DNA of 62,662 nt from an uncultured Elusimicrobia bacterium (GTDB lineage: Bacteria > Elusimicrobiota > Elusimicrobia > UBA1565 > UBA9628), in the NCBI GenBank assembly GCA_964374095.1, contig CAYJXJ010000004.1:1-62662 (forward strand), in the 5' to 3' direction. Position numbers and translations under genes: made by a program. Shown here in pieces: positions 44,821 through 54,116 of this stretch (positions are counted from its first letter, which is position 1; every line of letters starts with the position of its first letter). The notes under the pieces were generated by a model. That model saw only the letters and a program-made list of their open reading frames with translations. It was not told the origin of the DNA and searched no databases.

Positions 44821-45501
44821 CTAGCGCCCTCCCGCGGCCAGCGCGTGCTTATGGAGCACGATGGCGGTCCGGACCGCGCGGAAGCCGCAGGACTCGTAGA
44901 GCCTAAGTGAGGGAATGTTGGCGGCCTGGGTGCCCACCAGGAGTTCGTCGCACGATCCCCGGTAGGCGTTGACGAAGAACCGGACCAGGTCCCGGCCCAG
45001 GCCGCGGCCCTGATGGGCCTTGCCGACCCCGATCAAGTCGATGACCGCCTGGCGCCGCCCGCCCTCCGAAGCCCTCAGCACCGCCAGAAACCCGGCGGGC
45101 CGCCGCCCCCTCAAGACCGCGTGGAGCGCCGCGCCCCGGCGGCCCTCCACGTAGGAGCGGATCCACTCGCGCTTGATGCGGTGCGCCAAGGCGCCGGGAA
45201 CCTCGGGGTCGAGGTGGAACCGCGAAAACTTAAAGCACGAGCCCGCGATGTCAAGGACCGCCGCCGCCGTGCGCGCGGTCACGGCCTCCACCGGGGAGGT
45301 TGGCTCCGGAAGGGCGGGGGCGGCGGCGGCCCTGGAGAATGTCACGCTCACGTCCACGACGCGAAACCCCGCCGCTTCGAATCGTCCCACGGCCGCGGCG
45401 TGCTCGGGCGGGACCTTGGCGTAGGCGAAGGAGGGCGCCGGCAGCCCGCGCAGGCTGGCCGCGGGCGCGCCGGGCTCCACACACCGCACGGGCCGCCCCA
45501 T
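44821..45501 (-). CDS. GNAT N-acetyltransferase, WecD (dTDP-4-amino-4,6-dideoxyhexose acetyltransferase)-like
   Basis: Two-domain layout. FSRFHLDP..., acetyl-CoA motif HQGRGLGRDLV, VGTQAANIPSLRLYESCGF. ATG 45501 chosen (227 aa); the ORF-track start 45588 overlaps the upstream gene by 52 nt. Confidence 0.7.
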   Translation of the reverse strand: MGRPVRCVEPGAPAASLRGLPAPSFAYAKVPPEHAAAVGRFEAAGFRVVDVSVTFSRAAAAPALPEPTSPVEAVTARTAAAVLDIAGSCFKFSRFHLDPEVPGALAHRIKREWIRSYVEGRRGAALHAVLRGRRPAGFLAVLRASEGGRRQAVIDLIGVGKAHQGRGLGRDLVRFFVNAYRGSCDELLVGTQAANIPSLRLYESCGFRAVRTAIVLHKHALAAGGR

Positions 45502-45536
45502 GATCCCTTCCAGCCAAGGGTCCTCGCGGACCCCTT

Positions 45537-46583
45537 TCAAGGCCGGGTGGAAGCGGGTTCCGGAAGCTTGAAAAGCTCGCGGTACCATGCGATGTATTTG
45601 GGGAGGCCGACTTCGATGGGGTGGGCGGGGGAATAACCAAGCATGCGCCGGGCCTTCTCCACGCTGAGAGTCCCGCGGAAAGGCATGAGCTCGTCTCGGG
45701 CGCCGCTCTCGACGCCGATGCCGGGGAAATGCGCCTGCACGACCTCGGCCAGGTCCCGGATCGAGCGCGAACTCCCGTAAGTCAGGTTGAAGATCTGGTT
45801 GAGGGCCTCGGGATGCTGGATGCAGAGGGTGATCCCCTGCACCAGATCGTCGATGTAGGTGAAGTCCACCCGGTCCGAGCCGTCGCCGTCCATCTTGAGG
45901 CGCCCTCCCTTGAGGGCGGACTCAATGAAGACCTGGCTGACGCGGCGGCTGACGCACCGGGGACCGTAGAGCGCCGACGGCCGGATGATGGTGTAGGGCA
46001 GCTTGAAGACCTGCTGGTAGGCGATCACGATCTTTTCCCCGGCCACCTTGAGGGCCCCGTAGATGCCGATGGGATCCAGGGGATGGTCCTCGGTCACCTC
46101 GGGGATCTGGAAGTTCCCGTAGGCCATGCTCGAGGACAAGTAGATGAACTGGTCGATGCGGTCCCCCCGCGAGAAGTCCAGCGCGTTCTCCAAGGTCCGC
46201 AGGCTGTGGTCGAAGGTGTTGAAGGGGTCCTTGTTGGAGCGCCCGGCGTGAGACACCGCGGCCAGATGGACGATCACCCGGGGCCGGATTTGGGCGAGTA
46301 TGCGCGACAGGGCATGGTAGTCCCGGGCGTCGACCGGATGCAGGGGGATTCCCCCCGTCCGCAGGAGGTCGAGGCGCTGGTTGAGCATGCGCAAGTAGAG
46401 GTCCCGGTCCGTCCCGATCCCGTTGTCCGAGGCGAAGGAGAGGAGGTTGTTGACCTGCAGGCTGTCAACGATCTCGACCAAAGCCCCCTGCTTGGAAAGG
46501 GACAGGGCCAGGTTGTGGCCGATGAAGCCCCCGCCGCCGATGAGCGCGATCTTTCGTCCCCGCAGGTCCTGAAGCTGAGTCAT
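45537..46583 (-). CDS. SDR NAD-dependent sugar epimerase/dehydratase
   Basis: KIALIGGGGFIGHNL, YLSSSMAYG, YGALKVAGE (YxxxK). ATG 46583 overlaps the upstream stop (ATGA). Confidence 0.85.
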   Translation of the reverse strand: MTQLQDLRGRKIALIGGGGFIGHNLALSLSKQGALVEIVDSLQVNNLLSFASDNGIGTDRDLYLRMLNQRLDLLRTGGIPLHPVDARDYHALSRILAQIRPRVIVHLAAVSHAGRSNKDPFNTFDHSLRTLENALDFSRGDRIDQFIYLSSSMAYGNFQIPEVTEDHPLDPIGIYGALKVAGEKIVIAYQQVFKLPYTIIRPSALYGPRCVSRRVSQVFIESALKGGRLKMDGDGSDRVDFTYIDDLVQGITLCIQHPEALNQIFNLTYGSSRSIRDLAEVVQAHFPGIGVESGARDELMPFRGTLSVEKARRMLGYSPAHPIEVGLPKYIAWYRELFKLPEPASTRP

Positions 46584-47746
46584 GACGATGTCTCCGCGGC
46601 GGACGCACGCGCCGCCCGAGCGACCGCGCGCATATCCTCCGTCTCCAAATGCGTGCCGCAGGGAAGGGCCACGCCGCAATCGCTGATCCCGACGGCGGCC
46701 GGGAAAGCGCCCGCATCATAGCCGTACTTCAAGCGATAGTAGGACAGGCGCGGCACGGGTTGGGGGTAGTAGATGCTGGTGCCGACGCCGAGGGCGTTCA
46801 AGCGCGCGATGAAATCATTGCGGCGTGAGGCCAACGGGCCCTCCAGGACAATACAAAGACAATAGGGGCTATTCTCGTGGCCCGGCACGGCCGAATCCAA
46901 CACCCGGACGCTGGGAAAGTCGGCGAGCGCTTGTTTAAGCGTCAGGAAGTTCGCCCGCCGACGGCTTAAATTCTCCCCAATACGCGCCAACTGGGAACGG
47001 CCGAGCGCCGCCGACATCTCGCTCATGCGGTAATTGAGGCCCAGCGTGGGGACATCGTAGAAGCCCGGGACCGAGCGCTCCGCGTAGCTGCGGTCCACGC
47101 CGAAGGCCCGCAGGCGCGCCACGGCCTCGGCCACGGGTTTGTGCCGGGAGACGAACATGCCGCCTTCTCCGGTCGTGATGTGCTTGGCGGGATAGAACGA
47201 GAAGCACCCGGCGTCGCCCCAAAGGCCCACGTGGCGGCCGTCGATGCGGGCCCCCAGGGCGATGGCGCAATCTTCTATGACCCTCAGTCCACGCCGCTCG
47301 GCAACCTTCATGATTCGGGGCATGTCGCAGGGAAATCCCACGAAGTGGACGACGGCGATGGCCTTGGTTTTGGGGGTAACGGCTGTTTCAACGGTTTCGG
47401 CCGAAACGTTTCCAGTCGCGGGGTCGCAGTCGACGAAGACGGGACGGGCGCCGGCCCACTCAACGGCGTGGGCCGTCGCGGCGTGGGTCTGCGCCGGGAC
47501 GATCACCTCGTCGCCGGGGCCGATCCCGAAGTGCAGGGTGGCCGCGTGCAGGGCGCCCATGCAGGAGCTCATGGTCACGGAGTTGGCCCCCTCGCCGAGG
47601 AAGGCCGAAAACTCGGCTTCGAAGGCCTGGCACTCCGGTCCGTGCGTGAGGACGTGCCCCGAGAGCACGCGCTGCACCGCGGCGCGATCAGCGTCGGTGA
47701 TCCACGGCCGCGCGAAGGGGATGTCACGTGTCTTGGCGTCGGTCAT
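46580..47746 (-). CDS. DegT/DnrJ/EryC1/StrS-family sugar aminotransferase (third copy)
   Basis: IPFARPWITDAD, FSFYPAKHITTGEGG (PLP-lysine region). Confidence 0.9.
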   Translation of the reverse strand: MTDAKTRDIPFARPWITDADRAAVQRVLSGHVLTHGPECQAFEAEFSAFLGEGANSVTMSSCMGALHAATLHFGIGPGDEVIVPAQTHAATAHAVEWAGARPVFVDCDPATGNVSAETVETAVTPKTKAIAVVHFVGFPCDMPRIMKVAERRGLRVIEDCAIALGARIDGRHVGLWGDAGCFSFYPAKHITTGEGGMFVSRHKPVAEAVARLRAFGVDRSYAERSVPGFYDVPTLGLNYRMSEMSAALGRSQLARIGENLSRRRANFLTLKQALADFPSVRVLDSAVPGHENSPYCLCIVLEGPLASRRNDFIARLNALGVGTSIYYPQPVPRLSYYRLKYGYDAGAFPAAVGISDCGVALPCGTHLETEDMRAVARAARASAAETSS

Positions 47747-48753
47747 GGATACTCCACCGGAACCCAGGCGCCGCCCTCACGGGCGGCGTCGGCGGCCAAG
47801 CATACGGCGACCGCCTCGAATTCCCGACGCGCCTGCGGCTCGGGGTCCCGCCCCTCGAGTATTCCGCGGACGAAGTCCGGTATGAGGACCCCTTTGTCCG
47901 CGGGTTGGGCCGCAATGTTTAGCGTCTCGACGCGGGGAGAACCGTCGCGGCCCCAGTGCAGCCGCGCGTCGCGGTCATCGAGGATGAAGGAGCCTTTGGT
48001 CCCGAAGACCCGGACGACATGCTGGTGGGGGTGCACGCAGCCGAAGTTGGCCGTGACGCGCCCGACCAGACCGGACTTGAAGCGGAAGGTCGCCGCGGCG
48101 AAGTCGTCGTAGCGGAAGGCCGTTCCCCGGGTGGAAATGCGGCCTCCCGCGGCCATGACGGCCTCGGGCTTCTGACCGGAGAGCCCCAGCATCAAGTCCA
48201 CGAGGTGAATCCCGCCTCCCTGCATCACCGAGTAGTCCGTCACGTCTTTGCGCCAGCCCCCCACGATCTTCTCCAGCCGGCCGTAGAGGTAGTCGCCGTC
48301 GAACGCGTAAAGCTCGCCGAGCCGGCCCGAACTAATCGCCTCGTCGAGCCACCGGAACAGCGGCGCGCCCCGCAGCGCCAGGTTCGAAGCCAGGTGCCGC
48401 CCGCTCTTGCGCCGGGCCGCGTGCAGGGTCTTGAGTTCCAGGCGGCTGCGGCAGAGGGGCTTCTCAACGAAAACGTGCTTGCCCGCCTTCAGGGCGGCCA
48501 GGGCCTGTCCGAAGTGCGCGTCGTCATAGGAAGCGATCGAGACGATCGAGACCTCCGGGTCATCGAGGATGGCGTCAAAATCGCGGGCCGCGCGCGCCCC
48601 ATCGAGTGAGCCGGAGAGGCCCTTGGCCTTCTGGGGGGCGAGATCGTAAAGCCACAGCACCCGGCAGCCGCTCGCGGCGAAGGCCCGGGCGTGGGCCTCG
48701 CCCACGCCCAGCCCCGCGACGGCCACGCCCAAGGTGCGGCTCTTGGTCCTCAT
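47743..48753 (-). CDS. Gfo/Idh/MocA-family oxidoreductase (WbpB-like position next to the aminotransferase)
   Basis: LGVAVAGLGVGEAHA Rossmann motif, FVEKPL. ATG 48753 overlaps the upstream stop (ATGA). The ORF-track start 49143 is a run-on. Confidence 0.85.
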   Translation of the reverse strand: MRTKSRTLGVAVAGLGVGEAHARAFAASGCRVLWLYDLAPQKAKGLSGSLDGARAARDFDAILDDPEVSIVSIASYDDAHFGQALAALKAGKHVFVEKPLCRSRLELKTLHAARRKSGRHLASNLALRGAPLFRWLDEAISSGRLGELYAFDGDYLYGRLEKIVGGWRKDVTDYSVMQGGGIHLVDLMLGLSGQKPEAVMAAGGRISTRGTAFRYDDFAAATFRFKSGLVGRVTANFGCVHPHQHVVRVFGTKGSFILDDRDARLHWGRDGSPRVETLNIAAQPADKGVLIPDFVRGILEGRDPEPQARREFEAVAVCLAADAAREGGAWVPVEYP

Positions 48754-49439
48754 GGCCGCACCGGGGCCGGGGCCGGGAACCTCGGCAGTTTGGAATCGTC
48801 CGGATACTCCGCCTCCAGCCGCGCGAGATCTCCCGGCGCGGCAATGTCCAGGTGACGGCGCGCCAGGGCGGGATTCCCCGAAGCCACGTTGGCGATCCGG
48901 AAGCGCTTGGGGTTGTTGTAGTAGAACAAGGTCACGTGCTCGCGCTCCGAAGCCGTGAGGCTCTCGGAGGCGAGCGCGCGGAATGTCCCGGACTCCAGCA
49001 ATTCCGCGCTCTGGCCCTTGGGAAAAGTCCGCGGAAACACGTTGGTGACGATATCGACGTCCCGGCGGCCGGCGTAGCCGAGCATCGCCGTGACGACCCC
49101 GGGGTCGAGGAGGGGGCTGTCGGCGCAGATGCGCAGCAGCCACCCGCAGGGATGCGCCTTGAGACAGGCTTGGAACCGGGCGAAGACGTCGTCGCGCTCG
49201 CCCCGAAAAACCGCCAGCCCGAGCTCGGCGGCATAGGCGGCCAGGGGATCATCGGAGGCGTCCGAACTCGTGGCCAGGACGATGTCCCGGCGCGGGACGG
49301 CGCCGGCCACCCGGTCGACCATGTGCCAGAGCACGGGCCGGCCGCGGAAGGGCGCCAGGACCTTGCCCGGAAAGCGCTTGGAGCTCATGCGGGCCTGGAT
49401 GAAGGCGCGGATCGTCGGGGAGGACGGCTGTTTGTTCAA
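48750..49439 (-). CDS. cytidylyltransferase (SpsF/PseF-type, CTP_transf_3)
   Basis: IRAFIQARMSSKRFPGKVL N-terminal motif, ICADSPLLDP. Start taken as TTG 49439, because the first ATG would cut the conserved N-terminal motif. Confidence 0.75.
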   Translation of the reverse strand: MNKQPSSPTIRAFIQARMSSKRFPGKVLAPFRGRPVLWHMVDRVAGAVPRRDIVLATSSDASDDPLAAYAAELGLAVFRGERDDVFARFQACLKAHPCGWLLRICADSPLLDPGVVTAMLGYAGRRDVDIVTNVFPRTFPKGQSAELLESGTFRALASESLTASEREHVTLFYYNNPKRFRIANVASGNPALARRHLDIAAPGDLARLEAEYPDDSKLPRFPAPAPVRP

Positions 49440-49500
49440 AGTTTGAACATTATAGGAAGGCTGCCGCCGTAGCGTCAATCTGATCCGGCGCCCGGGCAGG

Positions 49501-50214
49501 TCACGGCGCGGTGGAAAGGCACGCCAGATTGGTGCGCAGCCCCGGCAGGCCCAGGCGCAAAAGGCGGTTGCGGCGTCCCGGCGGGAACAGCGCCAGAAAT
49601 TCCCCTGCGTAGAGGGGATTGAGGTTCTCCTCTCGGGAGAGGGAGTCGAAGCCCAGGCCGCGGATCGCGCGCCTCCAGGCCGGCGGCGGCAGCCAGTGCA
49701 GAAACGGCAGGAAAGTGTGCAGCTCGACCGGAAAGGCGCGGTTGGGCGTCGTGAACAGCACACCCCGGCAGACGCGGCACACCTCGCGGACCAGATCGGC
49801 CTGCTGGGCCCGCGTTCCCGCGTGCTCGACCACCGCGTTGCACAGCCCGAAATCGAAGTGGCGGTCCGGGAGGGGGATGTTCCTCAGGTCGCACTCGAGG
49901 AATGTCATCCCGGGGAAGGTCTGCGGATACCAGTCCGCTGCCTCCGCCGCACGGCCCAGAACCGTGAGACGCTCGCGGTGCGGGTAGCGGGCCTCAAAGA
50001 AGTAATGGACCGGATGGTCGCGGTGCCCGGTCACCCCGAAATCGGCGACGCGGGACTCGGGCCCCGGATGGAACTCAAGCATGAAGAGTTCGAAGACTCT
50101 CCGCCGCACGGCCAGGCCCAGGGCGTCGCGCGCCCGCGAGAGGATGCCGAGAGGCGCCGAATAATCAAGCGCCACCGACCCTCCCGCGGTACGGGGGCGC
50201 GTAGCGAAAAACAA
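49501..50214 (-). CDS. class I SAM-dependent methyltransferase-like protein
   Basis: VADFGVTG (degenerate motif I), FDFGLCNAVVEHA, TTPNRAFPVELHT. Start uncertain: TTG 50214, GTG 50175 or ATG 50082. Confidence 0.6.
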   Translation of the reverse strand: MFFATRPRTAGGSVALDYSAPLGILSRARDALGLAVRRRVFELFMLEFHPGPESRVADFGVTGHRDHPVHYFFEARYPHRERLTVLGRAAEAADWYPQTFPGMTFLECDLRNIPLPDRHFDFGLCNAVVEHAGTRAQQADLVREVCRVCRGVLFTTPNRAFPVELHTFLPFLHWLPPPAWRRAIRGLGFDSLSREENLNPLYAGEFLALFPPGRRNRLLRLGLPGLRTNLACLSTAP

Positions 50215-52204
50215 TGCGGCGCGCCGGGCGGTCCAGGAATACCCCCCAGAACACCCCGTAGGCCGGGACGATGCGGACCTCGCGGCCGTCCGCGCGGCAG
50301 GTCCAGTACGGGCTGTAGGAGTTCGTGACCACGAGCAGGCCCGGGCCCTTCATGGACGCCGCGAACTCGATGCGGTCGGGCTCGTAATTCTCCAGGCGGA
50401 CCTCGCCCTCAGCCAGGGCTGCGGCCCCGGCAATCCCCCCCTCCACCCAGACGGTGCGGCGCAGCTCGGCGACCGACGCCTCGGCGGCACGCTGGAGGGC
50501 CGCCTCCGGGCCGGGCGCCGGCTCCAGCCTCCGGGCGAAGTAGGCGCGCGGCAGCGCCGCCTGGTTCTCATAGAGGTAGAGATAGGTCTTGCCGGTGAAA
50601 TTCTCGCGCAGGCGCAGGCGCGCGCGCTCCCACCGGTCCATCTCCCGCCAGGGCCTCTGGACCAGGAGCGGCCGGAGGTCGGGATGGAGGAGCGGATGCC
50701 GGGAGACCAGGTAGCGCGTGTTGGCCAAGGAGAGCAGGTTCATCCGGTAGTAGCGTTCCAGGGGGACCCCGCCCGGGAAGGGGTCCACGGTCTCGAAGAA
50801 GAGATAGATCCGGCTCCCCCACCTATTGAAGTACTCGTCGTACTTGGGCTCCCGGCGGGTCAACGGCTCGATGACCTTGGACCAGAAGCGGTGGTATCGG
50901 AGCGGATAAACCTGAATGTAGCCGTCCACGGATTCCAGGCCGTAGACGTTGGCGTAAGCCGGATGGAGCCCGTGGGTGAAGGTGGCGACCCGGAACGTTC
51001 CCGGCGGGTGGCGGGCGGCCAAGTCCCTGAGGACGGGGCTGGCATAGTTGGCGTGATAACCTCCCTGGAAGAACCAATCCTCGGCGCTGGAGACCTTTTC
51101 GCGGAGCGTCCCCCAGGCCAACACCGCGGCCCAGAGCGCCGCGGCAACGCGCGGCCGCGGCAGGGCGTCCACGGCGCAGCCTCCGAGAAGCGCGGCAAAG
51201 AACGGCGCGGTCTTCTCCAGCCGAGTCACCTGCAGCCCGCGCAAGAAGCCGATGTGCGCGGATGCCGCGGCCCGCCCCGCGTCCAGGAGCCAGGCCCCGA
51301 CCAGGCAAAACAACAGCCCCGCCCACAACGCGCCCCGAGCCCGGCCTCGGAGGAGGCCCGGGAGGGCCAAGGCGAGGACCGGCCAGTAGTCCATGAGGGA
51401 CGCGAGCGACTTACCGAGCGCCTCCCACCCAACCGGGTTCGACGCCGGCCACATGGTCCGCTGCGACAAGGGCGCCTGGAGCATCTGGGCGAGCACGGTA
51501 GTACGGTGCGGCAGGATGGAGCCGGCGCAGAAGACGAGGAATACCGCCGCCGTCCGCCACGAGACCGCCCGGCGCGCCGCTGCGAGCCAGAAGGCGAGGG
51601 CGATGAGCTGGAAGGGCAGGGTCTGGGCCGCGGTCGACGCGACCGAGTTGCAAAGACCCAGGCCCAGGGCCAGGGCCAAGGCTCCCGTGCCGCGCCTGCG
51701 GCCGAGCTCCTCGAGGTACCAGGCATAGACCGGCAGGAGCAAGAAGGAGCCCTGATTGCCGGAGGCGCCGTCGGCCGTAACCGCGAAGGCGGCCCCGGCG
51801 AGCGCGGCGGCCAGCGGGGACAGCCCGAGCCTCTCCCGGGCGATTCGCATCACGAACAGGCAGCCGAGAAAGGCCTGGCCGAGACGCAGAGTCCCCAGCG
51901 CCAGCCAGGCCGGGAAGAGGAAATTCAGGATCGAGGTGAGGTGGCGCTCGGCGAGGCCCGTGCCGAGCCGGTCGATCCCGCAGGCGATATGGGGGAGCCA
52001 GTCGTGGCTGCGGGCCTGGTAGGCCGCCGACACCAGCAGGATGTCGCGGGGAGCCATGTGGTCTCCCGTGTCGTGGTTGCGGACGTGCGAGAACGGGCCC
52101 AGAGCCACCCATTCCAGCGAGAGCCAAAGGGCCACGGCCGCGCTGAACCGGGCGTCGCCGCCAAGCCGCCACCCCCGCCCGGGCCGGACGCCCGGCGCCG
52201 TCAT
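50165..52204 (-). CDS. YfhO-like GT-C membrane glycosyltransferase, paralogue 1
   Basis: About 12 hydrophobic segments, then a soluble C-terminal domain ending NSYSPYWTCRADGREVRIVPAYGVFWGVFLDRPARRIVFRYAPPY, the C-terminal pattern of YfhO-type proteins. Confidence 0.8.
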   Translation of the reverse strand: MTAPGVRPGRGWRLGGDARFSAAVALWLSLEWVALGPFSHVRNHDTGDHMAPRDILLVSAAYQARSHDWLPHIACGIDRLGTGLAERHLTSILNFLFPAWLALGTLRLGQAFLGCLFVMRIARERLGLSPLAAALAGAAFAVTADGASGNQGSFLLLPVYAWYLEELGRRRGTGALALALGLGLCNSVASTAAQTLPFQLIALAFWLAAARRAVSWRTAAVFLVFCAGSILPHRTTVLAQMLQAPLSQRTMWPASNPVGWEALGKSLASLMDYWPVLALALPGLLRGRARGALWAGLLFCLVGAWLLDAGRAAASAHIGFLRGLQVTRLEKTAPFFAALLGGCAVDALPRPRVAAALWAAVLAWGTLREKVSSAEDWFFQGGYHANYASPVLRDLAARHPPGTFRVATFTHGLHPAYANVYGLESVDGYIQVYPLRYHRFWSKVIEPLTRREPKYDEYFNRWGSRIYLFFETVDPFPGGVPLERYYRMNLLSLANTRYLVSRHPLLHPDLRPLLVQRPWREMDRWERARLRLRENFTGKTYLYLYENQAALPRAYFARRLEPAPGPEAALQRAAEASVAELRRTVWVEGGIAGAAALAEGEVRLENYEPDRIEFAASMKGPGLLVVTNSYSPYWTCRADGREVRIVPAYGVFWGVFLDRPARRIVFRYAPPYRGRVGGA

Positions 52205-52713
52205 TCCGGCAGGCCTAGGAACCGGCGGTGCCAGCGCACCAGGACGAGGGGCGCCCGCAAGCTCTCCCGCGCCAGGAGGTAGCGGGCGCCGTCGAAGGTC
52301 AGGTGCCCGGAGGCGACGAGTTTCTCAAGCCTCCTGTCCAGAATGAGGGAGGCGTTGTAGCGGTCCAGCACCTCGGCCACCGTGGCCGCCCCGCCGCGGT
52401 CCTCAACCTCGTAGAGCAGGCGCACGCGCAACGCCGCCTCGCCCATGCCGAAGATCCAGGTGCCGTAGTTGAACACGAGCAGGCCGTAGAGGAGGCAGGC
52501 CGCGGCGATCAGGAGCCAGGCGTCCCGGGGATCGGCCGGCCGGACGGCCGGGCGCGCGGAACAAATGACGCAGACCGCCAGGCCCAGCAGAATCGACGCC
52601 GCCAGCGACGCCGTCATGTGGCGGGCGCGGTCCAGTCTAAAGAAGGCCACGTGCAGGGCCAGGAACACGGCGAAGGCGGAGAAGACCGCTCTTAGGAGGC
52701 CGGCGTCCCACAC
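52201..52713 (-). CDS. 170-aa membrane protein: three hydrophobic helices + wHTH-like tail
   Basis: GTG 52713. The stop overlaps the YfhO-like start (ATGA). Paralogue of the 52718-53212 product. Confidence 0.65.
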   Translation of the reverse strand: MWDAGLLRAVFSAFAVFLALHVAFFRLDRARHMTASLAASILLGLAVCVICSARPAVRPADPRDAWLLIAAACLLYGLLVFNYGTWIFGMGEAALRVRLLYEVEDRGGAATVAEVLDRYNASLILDRRLEKLVASGHLTFDGARYLLARESLRAPLVLVRWHRRFLGLPE

Positions 52714-52717
52714 GTCT

Positions 52718-53212
52718 TTAGCCGCCCACTCCCAGGCCGAGCACAGCCCGGTAGGCGAGTATGCCGCGAACCACCAGGCGGCCCCGGGGAGTGATCACCA
52801 GGCGCTCCCCGTCGCGCCGCAGGTGGCCTCCATCGACGAGCTCCTGGATTCGGGGCAGGAGAAACTCCGCGTCGGAGAACGCGGCGGCCAGCTCCGCGCT
52901 CGCGGCCCGCCGGTCAGGACGGTCGAGCAGGAGCCTCACGATGATCAAAGACGGGCTCTGGTAACGGAGCACATTGCAGGTGGAGACGTACCAGAGCGCG
53001 AGCATGAGGTAGAGCAGGCCCGCGGTGACGGGCAAGGAGACCTCATGGCGCCCGCCCGGGCGGGCCAGCCAGACGGCCAGCGGAGCCAGCCACAGCAGGC
53101 CCAGGCCGATCACGGGCTTGAGCTCCACGCCGCGCGGACCCCGGCGCATCCAGGCCGCGTGGGAGAGGGCCATGGCGGCGAAGGCGGCCAGGGCCGCGCC
53201 CAGCTCACTCAT
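52718..53212 (-). CDS. 164-aa membrane protein: three hydrophobic helices + wHTH-like tail
   Basis: ATG 53212 overlaps the GT2 stop (ATGA). The ORF-track start 53449 is a run-on inside the GT2 gene. Confidence 0.65.
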   Translation of the reverse strand: MSELGAALAAFAAMALSHAAWMRRGPRGVELKPVIGLGLLWLAPLAVWLARPGGRHEVSLPVTAGLLYLMLALWYVSTCNVLRYQSPSLIIVRLLLDRPDRRAASAELAAAFSDAEFLLPRIQELVDGGHLRRDGERLVITPRGRLVVRGILAYRAVLGLGVGG

Positions 53213-53961
53213 CGCCGCGGGGGAGGGAGTTCCGGCGTCATGCGGAAGGCGATCTTCTCCAGCCTCCTCAGGAGGATGTGGAAGAGGGTGTTGGCGACCG
53301 CCAGGAGGTTGCCCACGACCAGGGCCTTGGAGACCCCCTGGGTGCGCTCGCCGTTGTGGATGGGAACTTCGATCACCCGGATCCCCTCGTCGAGCAGGCG
53401 GCAGAGGAGCTCGGCCTGGTAGCCGAAGCCCCGGGTCTCCGCGAACCACATGCGCACGTTCTCGGTGCGGTGCAGGACCGGACCGTTGTAGTAGCGCAGC
53501 CGGTGGCCGCTGAATATGTTGACCATGAGGGTGAACAGGCGCGAGAGTAGCCGGCGCCCTCGGCTCCGGGAGTCCGTGGCCGCGTACGGGACGACGGCGT
53601 CTGCCTCGCCGAGGCGCGACACGATCGCCGCGATCGACTCCGCGGGCTCGACCGCGTCGCCGTTGACCAGCATGAAGTGCTCGCCCCTGGCGCGATGAGA
53701 CGCGATGAAGTAGTTCCGCCCCAGCCCGCGGCGGAAGGGGTTTCGGACCACGGACACCGGCACATCGCGATACCGCGCCGCGCGGCCCTCCACCTCGGCC
53801 ACGGAGCCGTCGGTGGAACCGTCATCCACCACCAGAATCTCATAGCGGCGGCCGCGGCCGGCCATCACGGAAACGACCGTGTCGATGGCCCGCCCCACGT
53901 TCCCCTCCTCGTTGAGGCAGGGGATGAAGAAGGTGATCGAGACCGCGCTCAACTCTGCCAT
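53209..53961 (-). CDS. GT2 glycosyltransferase, DPM1/GtrB-like catalytic domain without clear TM anchor
   Basis: FFIPCLNEE, VVDDGSTDGS, VNGDAVEP motifs. 250 aa. Only a weakly hydrophobic C-terminal helix. Confidence 0.85.
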   Translation of the reverse strand: MAELSAVSITFFIPCLNEEGNVGRAIDTVVSVMAGRGRRYEILVVDDGSTDGSVAEVEGRAARYRDVPVSVVRNPFRRGLGRNYFIASHRARGEHFMLVNGDAVEPAESIAAIVSRLGEADAVVPYAATDSRSRGRRLLSRLFTLMVNIFSGHRLRYYNGPVLHRTENVRMWFAETRGFGYQAELLCRLLDEGIRVIEVPIHNGERTQGVSKALVVGNLLAVANTLFHILLRRLEKIAFRMTPELPPPRR

Positions 53962-54000
53962 GGGATGCGGCGGAGATTATAGTATCGTGACCGACCCCGC

Positions 54001-54043
54001 CGCTACCAGCGCCAGGCCGCGCTGAAGGCGTGCCGGTCGCCGA
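54001..54043. repeat. left arm of a perfect 43-bp inverted repeat
   Basis: Exact reverse complement of 58369-58411. On the minus strand it encodes ..GDRHAFSAAWRW-stop. Confidence 0.9.
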
Positions 54044-54116
54044 GGTTCACGGAGGGGACGAAAAGGAAGGTCATTGTCCGGCTTCATCCAGCAAAGACAG
54101 GAGCGCCTGGATGGTC

